The translations under genes and the position numbers were made by a program. Positions 24,101-39,700 of a stretch of DNA of 64,000 nucleotides are shown piece by piece (position 1 is the first letter of the stretch; each line of letters begins with the position of its first letter). This DNA is from Acanthaster planci. Its lineage: Eukaryota. The notes below the pieces were generated by a model that was given only the letters and a program-made list of their open reading frames with translations, was not told the DNA's origin and did not search any database. The stretch spans positions 1,488,789 to 1,552,788 of the forward strand of contig NW_019091356.1 of NCBI RefSeq assembly GCF_001949145.1, given 5' to 3'.

Positions 24101-26208
24101 GATTCAGGAAAACAAAAATAATTATAAGTCTAAATCTAGAACAAGTTGTTCACTCCAAGTACAGCTATGAAAACCATGTAATTCCAATTGTGAACTGTAA
24201 AGACTTACACACAAGAATACAATGTACAAGCAATTTTGAGATTTGACCTGGTAAAAGCAATACATGTACAACGGTTATAAATTTAAAATAAAATATAACT
24301 TTATGTCTGCATATGTGCCCTGCTGACATCCTAGCATTCCTGGGGTCAGAGAAACCCAGAACCCGTACTCTTTTCATGCCATTTATTGCCATTTTGATTT
24401 CAAATGTTCATCAAAATTTCATTTGCTACATATCTGAAGAACAATGGAATTAATGTGAAAGAAAAAAGAATCGTTATAATTTCAGGGTAATGTTTACTTC
24501 ACAAGGAAACTACTTAAATGCTCCCATTTGATAAAAAATTTGGAGAATTCTTTACGATGTAACCTGTAATTACCGTACTGCTGATATATCACCAGATTGG
24601 TAGAACAATGTCCATGCTTCATGTAATACGATGTTGGGTACAAACAGAGCTCCTCATTCACAATGTCTTTCCGTTAACACATACATGTAAAATAAATGTT
24701 TTAAAAATTCAATGAGAGAATAAAAGTTGCCATGTTTGAAATATGAGCATTGTTATTGTTGCAGTGTAAATGCACAAAACGCGGGCATTTACCACATCAT
24801 AAAAACTAGTTTTGAAGATCACATAGGGTAACATTTTTAGAATATAATAGTCTCTCATAATTCAAGTTAGAAATCCACTTCATGGAATTTTTGGCACAAT
24901 GCGGATGGAATTTCTGAAAGATCATTTCATTTGATTAAATATTTAAAAGCGATAAAATATTTCATTGCATTTTTAAGCAAGGTCAACTTTTATGGCGTTT
25001 CAGTTTCTGCCTGAGCGTTACTAAATTAATCAAGCCTGAGGGTACTATCAAACTTGGTCAATTTATTTCTCATGGATTATAAATAACGTGTGATCATCAA
25101 TCAATGTCCTGGCAGCAAGGGATTGTGCCCAACATTTGGGGAATGTATCAAGACTGCCCAATGTGGGCCATGTGAATTTGCCATTTTGAATTTATAACTA
25201 TTAACATAACTTCAATGAGGAAGGACTAACTATGATGGTAAGCAGTACCCCCAAACAGCAGTATTTTCAACCATTTTTCTCACAAAAATTCTGCAAACCT
25301 TGTGTAATCTAAGTGTATAATCTAAATATTATGAAATAACCTAAATCCATAAAGAAAAAGATATGTTCTTCACCCATAAACACTCAGTGACAATGCATAC
25401 GTTTGTTAATTATCTGCTCCGAGCAGGAACAAGTGGGACCAATATCTGTTTTAAGAGTAAGACCTCCACATGTGCATTGAGCACCCACATGAAATCATTC
25501 CTGTCATCCTGTCTGTCCTTTACCATAGAGGGCACTCTTCAACTCTTAATGGATTCATACAAATATTAAAGTTTGGAGGATTGCCAAATATTGATCACTG
25601 CATCTTAGCTCCGTGCAAAGCAGACAGTATCATTCTGATTGAGACATAAGATCCCTGAGAAAAGCATACACTCTAGCCCAACTGTTCTTATTGTACCTTA
25701 CTTTGAAAGGACAAGCCACTGATTGTTTTGTTTTCTTTAAGTTACACTCTCCCCCATGGCCTAGCACATCCATGGAAGTTCAAGGACCTTTTCTAAACAA
25801 AAGACTTCATTTCAGGGACAATAAATCCTTTACTATTTGTGTTTTCATCCTCCAAACACATTTTTTTGGTGAAGTTTTGTCATGTCTACATTGACAAAAC
25901 ACTTTCCTCCGAGTATGGATTTGGAATAAAGAAGAACATAAAAAAGAAAACATAGTAATTGTAAAACATTAATGCTTTCCACGGAATGGGATTAAAAACT
26001 ACCAAAAAAAAAATTTAACCATGACCACGGCTGTCCTGATTTCAAATACCGAAAGATTAAGAACTGTTGGGTAAATCTAACTAATCTGGTTTGAAATACG
26101 ACTTGGCGTTTGAAATACGACTTGGCACTGCATCCACTGATGACATTGCTTCTGAGCAAGGCACTGGTTTAGCTTTTGAATTCCATCAATACTCTGCCTC
26201 CTCACCGC

Positions 26209-30274
<4,066 letters not shown>

Positions 30275-31261
30275 GTAGTCCTACGTACCCTACTGTTCTC
30301 TGCAGCACTGCATTATGTGGTGGCATTTCTGCTTTGCTTGCAAATTGAGTACACTTTGAATCTATCCAGGCTTGATAAGCTTGACCCCTTTCAACCTCTA
30401 CCTGACGATCAATGGATTAAACTTTCAAGGCCGTTTGTCTCAACAATCGCACTTTCTGTGGATTAGAAGCTCCATGTCCCTGTTTGACAACTGTTGGTGT
30501 CTACCTATATTACGACTAACCTGAGACTTGATGGAACCGTAGATGAGCGGGTAACAACTGTCACAACCGAATCTTCATCTGCGTCGGTTTCTTTTGCCAG
30601 CGATCATGGTGATACTAGATTTAATTTACAGAGAAAGAACAGGAATCAAGAACGATAAATATTGCAATGCACTGGTATTAAGAAACGAAAAAGTATCCGG
30701 TAAGTGTCCAGTAACATTCATTCACTTCACTTTATTTCACACACAAAGGTGGCAGGACCACTACGAAGCACTGCTTGTCGAGTAGGGGCCCTTATAAAGA
30801 CATAACTGGACACGAAAGACAAAAAAATTACATGTAAGTCTTCTACATATAACAATTAACAAAGAAAAAAAGTATAATAACCGCACAGCCGCCTACTAGT
30901 CACTAGGCCAAGTATAGAAATATTTGTTCCAATTTATACACGTAGACAAATTTAATGTGTGCAATGTTTACAGCCTAGCGTCGCTTTTTATTACCATTGA
31001 TTAAACAACGACCAATCAAATTGTAGATCGATGACACACCTACCCCAGTCAGTGGCCTACCGCATAGTCTCGATTCAAGTTTTACTTAACGTTGGAGCAT
31101 AAAAATATATTTTTTTTATATCCAGATTTTTGATTTTAGGTTTTATTCGGGTAAGCCCTTATTCTGCTTTCATGTGTGCAATGTATTTAATGAAATAATA
31201 CTGTTAGGATCCAATCCCATGAAGCAGGTGATTTGATGTCGTTTTGTCTTGACTAAACGAA

Positions 31262-31277
31262 CAGCGCCATCTATTGG
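31262..31277 (-). promoter_or_regulatory. CTCF-like motif (CCAATAGATGGCGCTG)
   Basis: One mismatch to the CCACYAGRKGGCRS core; about 145 bp from the tRNA 3' end. Confidence 0.45.
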
Positions 31278-31420
31278 TCTTGTGAATTGAAAATGCGTAT
31301 TGTTTTCAAAGTTACTACAAAGTAAAATAAACCTATAAAATGGATTTTGCCACATTTGAGACACAACTATGATTAATGAAACACTTCCTATTTTCACCTA
31401 TTGTTAAAATAAAAAAATTC

Positions 31421-31493
31421 CGACCCTGATGGGACTCGAACCCACAATCTTCAGCTCCGGAGGCTGACGCCTTATCCATTAGGCCACAGGGTC
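31421..31493 (-). tRNA. tRNA-Arg-CCG: tRNA-Arg (anticodon CCG)
   Basis: Reverse complement GACCCTGTGGCCTAATGGATAAGGCGTCAGCCTCCGGAGCTGAAGATTGTGGGTTCGAGTCCCATCAGGGTCG, 73 nt. Intact acceptor stem, A box, TCAGC/GCTGA anticodon stem with CT-CCG-GA loop, GTTCGAGTC B box, and a downstream oligo-T Pol III terminator. Confidence 0.97.
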
Positions 31494-31689
31494 AAACCCC
31501 GTGAAGAGGGTGTATAAGTCAAAGATATATTGATCCAAAAATGTTTTCTTTTTTTGTTGTGGAAAAGTTAAAATTATATTTCTGATGAATTTGTTGCAAG
31601 TTTTTCCAGAGATAAAATTAAAATTTAAACAAAATTGTTCATGAACACCATTTACGATTTTGTTTGGTATCCAGACTCATAATAATAAC

Positions 31690-31897
31690 TTTTCCGCGAA
31701 GAGTGCAGCAGACATTTCCTACGTCCATGAGCAGACTACATGATTGACATGATTGAACCTATTACAAGTGGCGCGCGAGATCAAAATTGACGTCGTCTGC
31801 TTGCACGGCTATAAAGTTGAGGTGGCCTGAGGCCTGAGTTCGCTTATTTCATCATCGTTACTTTTCAAAGCCTCCTCGTTAAAAGACAGAATCAAGC
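31690..31897 (+). promoter_or_regulatory. HUS1 proximal promoter/5'UTR
   Basis: CpG-enriched; GGCGCGCGAGA (E2F-like), TGACGTCG (CRE-like) and TATAAAG at 31810-31816, directly upstream of the ATG. Confidence 0.45.
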
Positions 31898-31949
31898 ATG
31901 CGATTTCGAGCCAAAGTCGTAGACATTGGCTGTATAGAGCAGTTTACAA
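31898..31949 (+). CDS. HUS1: HUS1 exon 1 (MRFRAKVVDIGCIEQFT)
   Basis: M(K/R)FRAK N-terminus; CAA|gtaagc donor. Confidence 0.93.
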
Positions 31950-34900
31950 GTAAGCTTGAAATTTTGGGTTGATTGTAATGTCAAGTTTTTCATTTTTTGA
32001 AACTCAGCTTTGGCACGTTTGACGTCATAGGCCTACGTCGTCAACCTCTTCTTATTAACGTTAAACTTTCTTAAACATGTTAAATAAAAGATCATCTCAT
32101 GATCAGGAAACATCACACCAACTTGAGGTTTTGTTCAGGGTGTGGAGCTAGACATGTTTTCATTAAAATGGTTATTTACAGGGAAGTGGTCATGTTACCG
32201 TTAATTAAAATTTAAATTTTATCAGGACTATTAAATGTGGCAGCTTCGATCTGTTCTTGGGAGTTCAGTTCCAAAAATGTGTCATTGAGGGCGGCAAACA
32301 AATCTAGTGATTTGGTGATGTCATAATCCGCCCTGACATGCCTGAGCGGAAGTGCACCCCCAATCGGCATAAGAAAGACAGATGGTCACAACCAGGTTCT
32401 TGCACGTCATCTGTACATGTTTGTACTTATTGTAGGCCTATGTAAAGGTCATTGCACATACTTGGTGTACTCTACGTCAAATGTGCATAATACACTTGCG
32501 TGCCTACATACCAAAAGGACAGTCAGTTTCATTTACAAACAAGCGCTCTTTTGTTCCGCTTGGAGTGGATAGTAACAGCTCTCATTCCCCCAGAGTTTCT
32601 TGACCTTGCAGCCGTAACAGTTTTAAAGAACAGAGATACAAGGGGTAGCCATGGTAGCCTAAATTAAGTTAGGCCTAGATGTCATTCCCAGCAAATTAAC
32701 ACAGCCATCTGCCTGACATTCGTCAGGACCTTACTCCGTTCAAATTGGGAGGCTTTACTCCATCATATGATCCAGTATTGGCCACCATTGTCAATGGAAA
32801 AGCAATTCCAAATTGCGCTCACAGTCCGACCTCTTGTAATTCACAGTTTGGTGTGAGCAAGCACAGCGCTCACGCACGTGGGTGCCCCAAAATAACGAAA
32901 CAGTCGTATAATTGCAGAGCCATAGTGTGACATCATCAAGCAGGCTTCTATTGGATGCTACTGACAACTTTCGTTTTCAGTTTGCCCGATATGAAGAATG
33001 ACTCCTACTCATGCTTTTGATGTCAGTAGCAATCTTTATTTAGTTTTTACCTATTGGATTTTTTTTATATACGTGTATATATAACCGAATTTCATAAAAA
33101 TTGAAATTGTGAATTACCAATGTGATTAATCTTTAATTACATTACACTCCTTCATGTCATTAGACTTTATTCTTGAGACTTCAGCCCAGGACCTTACTAA
33201 ACTGTCATTGTCCTACTTCCAAGTCATCCATGTTCCTGTCTGGAAGTAGATCCATTAACTGGGACGTTAGAACTCCTGTTTTTGAAGTTTGGACTCGATC
33301 TGTATTTTAGTAGTTTTGTGTGAACTAGGATCCATAGAAAACTGAACGGAAAACCCAGGATAAGTAAGAAATAAGCAATAATAATAATGATAGTAATAAT
33401 TTGTCACACACTCGGATCAAGTCCAGAATTCGAAAAAGAAAGAAAGAAATTCAAAGAAAGGAGTTCTAACACACCATGGCAGTTAGTGGGCTTATCATGT
33501 ATGTCTGGAAGTAGAGTTTGTGATTTTGCAGACAAATTGGCATATGATTGAGTCCTGTGATTTATGATTGTGAAAGAAGGTTCTCCTTGGCCAAACGTTG
33601 TGGAGTAGTCCAAGGTATTTGCATGGATATCCTATCATGCTTCAATTCAGCATGAATTTATGTGACCCTCAGTCATCAGATCATAATCACTGGCTGAGGT
33701 GTAGCAAACTCCTCAATAGAGATTGAACTGAGGTCAGACTGAGTGGACAAGTTTTGTTCAGACCAACTTTAGGCAATTATACACTTGTTAAATTAGCATG
33801 AGGTTAAGTTAATTTTACTGTGTACTTCATAAATATTAATATTTAGTCTACTAGCTGTAGGGCCCATCACCTTTTGCAGTTTGACATAGGACTAGGCTAT
33901 GGCAAAAACTGTCCAAAAATTTGATGAGACTAGACCAAAGGCCTGCACATGTGTCATTGACCTAGAAGGACTTTCCTATGAATGTTTCCTCAAAGCGTGC
34001 CATGTGTTATGGTGTAAATTACTAAATTTAAATTTTCACTGGTAAAAGGAGTTGTGAGTACTGTTTCCAAGATGACACCACTCTGTATTCTAAGACTGAC
34101 TGTCAACAAGATGTACTTTATTCTGAATGACAAAGTAGCCAAGGGAGGTATCTGGTGTGAACTAACTGCGGTAAGTTGGGAACAATTCTCCTCATTGCCG
34201 GCACCCAACCTGATCAATTGCATTACATAGCAGCACATGTAGCTGCATGACTAAGCAGAGAATGTAATTTGAAAAATTGGGAAAGAAAACCTGTATCGTT
34301 TTTCCAGGACTGAGCATAAATTCAATAGAGAAATTAATAACCAATTGTGAAGGCCCAAGTTTGCTGAGGAAAATGAGCAAACCAAAACTTAAATGTAAAT
34401 CTTTGCCATGCTAGAATGTTACATTGATAACAGTGAAGATAATTACGTATTACATGAAATGAATTTGCGATGGAATAGTTTACATTTGCTCCTCATAAAA
34501 TTGCCTCTCACTGACTATTTGAAGTAGTATACATGTTTATTAATGCTGGCCCTCTGTCTGTCAGAGCAACTTCTTTGACGAGTACCGCATGGAAGGCCTG
34601 TCTGAGGAGGCCAACGAGATCTATCTGGAAATCACACCAGAGGATGTTGTCCGAGCCATGAAGACGGCGCAGACCGCCAAATCGGTGAAAGTGAAACTGA
34701 CAAAGAAATTCAGCCCCTGCCTCACTTTCGACATTGAACTTGTAAGGGTCCATCATTTTGTTACTGAAAAAAATTGCCAACGGTCAGTTCCAGCTGAAAT
34801 TTTGTGTTGGTTGTGGAATCGATTCTTATAGTCCCTAAAAAGTGTTGGATTTGGTTGTAGCATGCTGTCCATCATGGTCATAGTTTGTTCCCTTCTGTTC

Positions 34901-36788
34901 AACCATTCTACCTTAGTTGATAAATTATTAGAGCAAATTGGATAATTCACTGTATTTTCACACTGGTTATTTCAGCCATCAAGGACAGGACACAGTCGTA
35001 ATGTCGTGCATGATGTACCAGTCAATGTGATCCCCAAGAGTTTGTGGAGCGAATACAGTGAACCCACTGTTCCCGACTTTGATGTGAGTATTTCCATCTT
35101 AAAAAGAGGCTTTGAAATGTCTATGTGGACATTCTTAAAAATGGGGCACACGGTCAGGTTGGCATGGTGGTACTTTCCTGGCGTTCCACCTGTGATCAGG
35201 TTTGAATCCAGCAGTGATTGATATTTAGATTGAGTTGTCAGTCCCTACTTGATTCCTTGACGATTTTTTCTCCCACCCCTACAAGTCCGTAATCTGTGTA
35301 CTTTTGATGAATCTTTGGTTTTGTTTAAAGAATTACCCAATAAGAAGTAAAATGCTAGCAGTTTTTACTGTTGTCAGAATTTTGCGTTCAGGAAATGTTT
35401 TAATGGGGAAGAAATTGGTTTTGTCGACCAATGTAATTTGATCACACTAATATAAGGAAACATATTTACTTCAGATGCACAACATGAAAGCGAAAAATAT
35501 CTTTTGTATAGAACACTTTATCAACCCAATGGTTATTTGTAATTCATCATTTTCCTCATTTGCAGGTCAGTATCTGCATGCCACCCCTGAAAGCCTTGCG
35601 GAATGTAGTTGAAAGAATGAAAAACCTTGGAAGCTACATGGTAAATGTGCTCTCACTGTTCCAAAACTTCTTACAGATATGTCATCGGCCACCCTGAGGA
35701 TTTTAGGGTTTCAAAGGTTGCAGGTTCAAATCCAACTCTTGTCTTGTCTTTCTTCAACACCATGTTGATGAACAGCGAAGTTGGTGCTGTTCAGTTCTCT
35801 TATGGTTTATGTGATGAATTCATTAAATTGCTGCAATGTATTACAAGGACGGTATTTGTCAACCTCTATCCATTCAAAATTTGCTCTTACACTTCTTCTC
35901 TTGTATATTCATGAGCCTAGGAACTATCAGCCAATCAGAATGGTGAGATGAGGTTGAGGGTGGAGACTGACCAGGTGACTGTTTCTACACACTTCAAGGA
36001 CTTGGAAATCCCTGAATGGGGTATGGTCATGTGTTAAAGGAGTTAGACAGATTCTAATTTGACAGTGAAAAACTTTATGGCTGACACATTCGTCAGTTAC
36101 TGATAGATGACAAATTATTTCCTCTTTTTCTAAGGACATTCTCAGCAAAAACCTACATTCAAAATGATCTGGAATCCAGACCTCTGTAGGGAAATGTCTA
36201 ATGATCTGTTTGCTACTAATCTATCTCTGGCAGTCAATGAAGGGTCTGAGTCCCAGACTCAGGGGAGGCAACCAGACGAGATGGTTGGTGCCAGAGTTGA
36301 CATCCGAAGATTCCTTCAGTTCCTTACTGGCCAGCAGCTGAACCCACCAAAGATTATATGCAGTGAGATACATCTTCATGGCAGTTTTAATTTTCCAAAA
36401 TTATCAACATTTTAAATTGGAATGTGAAAAATGCTCAATTACATGTCATAGTATATTATGCAAAACATGCAAATAAATTGTGTATGTAATTTGTTATGTA
36501 ATCAATAATTAATAACATCAAAATAAGTATGTTTTAGTTGTGTGACTTTAGAGAAAATGCATAGATTGTTGTACTCATCAACATTTCTTCAGTTTACTTG
36601 GCTTTTGAAGTTGTTGCTTTCTAAGTAAGTTTGATTTGATTGTCCAAATTACACCTGCTTTACTTGCTGAAATGTGGGCAATTGATTTGGTCCTCTCCGC
36701 AGATATTGTTGACAACAGACTTATTCACTTCTTCCTGTTGCAAGAAGACATCTCTATGCAGTATTCCATGCCCATCATCCACCAGTGA
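31898..36788 (+). CDS. HUS1: Checkpoint protein HUS1 (Rad9-Rad1-Hus1 clamp subunit), complete, 282 aa
   Basis: Exons 31898-31949, 34049-34170, 34565-34741, 34976-35083, 35566-35640, 35921-36020, 36234-36362, 36703-36788 (849 nt, phase-consistent). Motifs: MRFRAKVVD, IWCEL, NFFDEYRMEG, NEIYLE, KLTKK.SPCLT, VVHDVPV.VIP, PDFDVSI.MP.LK, VVERMKN, THFKDL, VDIRR.LQFL.GQQ.NP. Confidence 0.96.
34049..34170 (+). CDS. HUS1: HUS1 exon 2 (RVVSTVSKMTPLCILRLT...GGIWCELTA)
   Basis: Family motif; GCG|gtaagt donor. Confidence 0.9.
34565..34741 (+). CDS. HUS1: HUS1 exon 3
   Basis: SNFFDEYRMEGLSEEANEIYLE...SPCLTFDIEL. Confidence 0.95.
34976..35083 (+). CDS. HUS1: HUS1 exon 4
   Basis: PSRTGHSRNVVHDVPVNVIPKSLWSEYSEPTVPDFD. 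Confidence 0.95.
35152..35279 (+). mobile_element. Degenerate tRNA-derived SINE fragment in HUS1 intron 4
   Basis: A-box-like TGGCATGGTGG, B-box-like GGTTTGAATCC, then TCAGTCCCTACTTGATTC; related to the copy at 29301-29372. Confidence 0.55.
35566..35640 (+). CDS. HUS1: HUS1 exon 5
   Basis: VSICMPPLKALRNVVERMKNLGSYM. Confidence 0.93.
35921..36020 (+). CDS. HUS1: HUS1 exon 6
   Basis: ELSANQNGEMRLRVETDQVTVSTHFKDLEIPEW. Confidence 0.93.
36234..36362 (+). CDS. HUS1: HUS1 exon 7
   Basis: ...ARVDIRRFLQFLTGQQLNPPKIIC. Confidence 0.92.
36703..36788 (+). CDS. HUS1: HUS1 exon 8 (terminal)
   Basis: NIVDNRLIHFFLLQEDISMQYSMPIIHQ*. Confidence 0.92.
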
Positions 36789-39700
36789 TAATTCATTGCT
36801 GGCGACTTGGACAAAGTGTCTTTCCTCAGATTTTTGTAGGAAGCCTTCAGTCATTCCTCATGCTGCGGCCACCTCAAGTTTGCGTTCACTTTTTCCATCC
36901 CTGGTGCAGTTGCTTCAGGGAATACGTATTGGATTAATATGTTGGGGGGTGTTGATAGGGGAGAAAATTACTGGTAACACAGCAGATGGTCTTCTTAGGC
37001 TGAACCCCAGAAAACGAATTTCCTTAGACAGCTGTGATCAATCCCCATCAAAATTCTTTTTAAAATACTCACAACTCTCACGGGTGTTCAGGCAGTACAG
37101 AAAAATGGTGATCAACGTGTCATCTTTCATTTTCCTTTCAATGTTTGGTGGATTGACCAAGACATTTGAGAAATTCTCACCCAAAGCAGACCACCCCTAA
37201 AATGAAGAAAATGTCTCCACTCGGAAAAGTAGCTGAAAAAGCATCCCTTTGCAAAACGGCTAAATAGTGCTACTTTTGTGCCGAAGTGCTCGGAATTGAA
37301 TCCCTGAGTCCAGGCCAGAGGCTCAGTGCCACTTTTGCACCAAATTGCTCATAGGTTCAGTGGCACGTTTCTTCAATTCCCCAATTCCATGGCTCACAGG
37401 ACTCTCTAATATAGAATATCTTGAGTGTATAACTGTTATTGCTTGGTGGACATATTTGTGGCCTATTTACAGAGGTGCACCCTCAGGTATGAATGAAAAT
37501 TGGTTTCCTCCAAGAGCAGGGGACAAAATTTTAAGTAATGTTCGCTGTTATTGCATATCAGCCGTGATCAAGTCAGATATCTAATCCGCTCAAACAGAAG
37601 CACCCCCTCATCGGTTGAAAAGAGCCTTGTTGGTCGGGAGTGTTCATTTTGTTGGTAGCAGCAGGACCGTGACACATGCATTTCCTAGTCGTTTGTCAAC
37701 CAGCAAAGTTTAGTTCCAACCAAAGAAGCCTCCATTATCAAGAAAATAGTGCTCTCTCTCGGTCCAGCTGGAGGTTGGTTGCACCTGTTAATGAATTTTT
37801 AGGGAGAAGGAGTTGAGCGTACATGTATAAGATTACTGGTGCCTCATTGACAACATCATCTGGAAGTATGATGAGTCATGGATGCCTTGGGAATAACACC
37901 ATTGTTTTGGAGGCATATATTCTTGTGTTTGTTACTCTGTACATTGGGCAAGAGCCTACTGGCATGAGAAAATCCCACCCAACCAGCCAACAAGCATACA
38001 TCAACCCAATGCTTCTTCCCGGCTGCAAACGAACTACTGAAGATGGGTGTTTGAAAAGTTCTTTTTGTTACATTCCTTTGAACGTATTAAAAAACTTTAA
38101 CACATTCAGAATTGAATGAAATGACTGACAGAAGAGAGGACACCTGTCATGGTCATGGCGACGAGGGAGCTAATCTATGTTGGACACAAAATGTCATCTA
38201 TAATATTTCCATGACGCATGAACAGATAAGACTGCCTGTATTGCTGCAAGCAATTGCCATATTGTCTCCACTTTTTTTGTAAATCCAAATCTGTCCATGC
38301 TCTTGTGATATTTCTTCATGATATTGAAAGGATTCATATTCCAGTTTAATCCGGTTTAATCTTCCAGGCTTATACCCGTATACTTCAAATCTCCACAGTC
38401 TTAAAGTTTGTTGTGATTTCAACATTTGGTTTTCACGTTTTTAGTGGCTCTGTTTGATATTTGAACCAATCTCTCCTTGAGATTTTTTTTTTGAGGCCTA
38501 GGAAATTAGCATAGTTGTATTTTATTCATGTGTTTATCCAATGGGATATGACATTTTGAACGAAGACCTCTTCAACAATTTCTTATGAAAGTATTGTCGC
38601 TCACCCACTTCTTGTTGATCCCACATCGGGGGCTGAGCGCCTTGGGCCCCTTGGGGATACGGTGAGTGACCGGTACTGTCTTTAGTCCCGCCGACTCGAC
38701 GGCAATATCCATCCCTTGATACACCTCTTGATATTTCCCAGCCTCTAGATTTCGCTAACAATTTGGCTTGAGTGGGATACCTTTTGTAACCATTGCGATT
38801 GCACTTGATTTCGATAAAACAACGTGCATTGATTCTGCATGGACGCCGGTTCGAAGTCATTCTATTACAGATTTTAATGTCACGTCACTTTTATTGACCT
38901 CGACCGTTTTCATTTTAATAGACAGAAATTGACAAGAACAGTGGCAGTTAGTGAATATTAACTTTAAATCTTCGTAAAAACGATTGTAGGCAGAAGTCAA
39001 AAGCGAATTTCAAGAGGTGTACAATTCCCATATTAATATTAGTAAGTTATACTCACTAAAACTAAAAAATTGTTCTGAATGTTACGTTGTCATCGTGTTT
39101 TCTATCGTGAAAATAACGTGGTGTACCCTCTAAAACTCGTTGTTAAAAGCTGAAAACAAATATACCAAAGCAAAATACTTGTCGGTTTCAACCTACGGTC
39201 CCGCGCACTCTTTGATCGCCAGTACAACACAAATAGCTTCCATTAAAATTCTATAGAGCCCATTTCCTTATTCATTGGCTAGTAACGAATCCCCGATGGA
39301 GATTCGTCGCTCATTCTCGCTCTGCTTGATAAATTTGATGTAAGCCTCGCGTGTCAAACACGACGGTATATTGTTCTGCTGGGCGACCAGACCTTTATGG
39401 GTTTTTTCTCCCACTGTCTTGTCATCTGCAGCCCACTCAACCGCCAGGCTCAAAAATATCAAAGGTAACGGGCACGATCTGAAATGTCACCGATGGGTTC
39501 TCTGGTGCGACTTTTCCTGGGATTAGGTAGCACTGCGATTCTTTTATACGAAGTGGGGTGTTTTGTCGTTGAGTTGTTTGTTAAGGAATGACCCAGGATG
39601 CAGTGCTATCACGTTTCCTTAAAACCATGGGATTTTTACAATTTATCCCATGATTAGAGTAGAAAATTGCGAGTTCATAATGCTGTACTTGATACAGCTA

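Noticed and set aside
35715..35740. GGTTCAAATCC B-box suggesting a second tRNA
   Set aside because: No cloverleaf or acceptor stem; at most a SINE remnant.
36640..37200. 186-aa ORF, the longest in the track
   Set aside because: It overlaps the HUS1 last exon in another frame and runs into the 3'UTR, with no recognisable domain.
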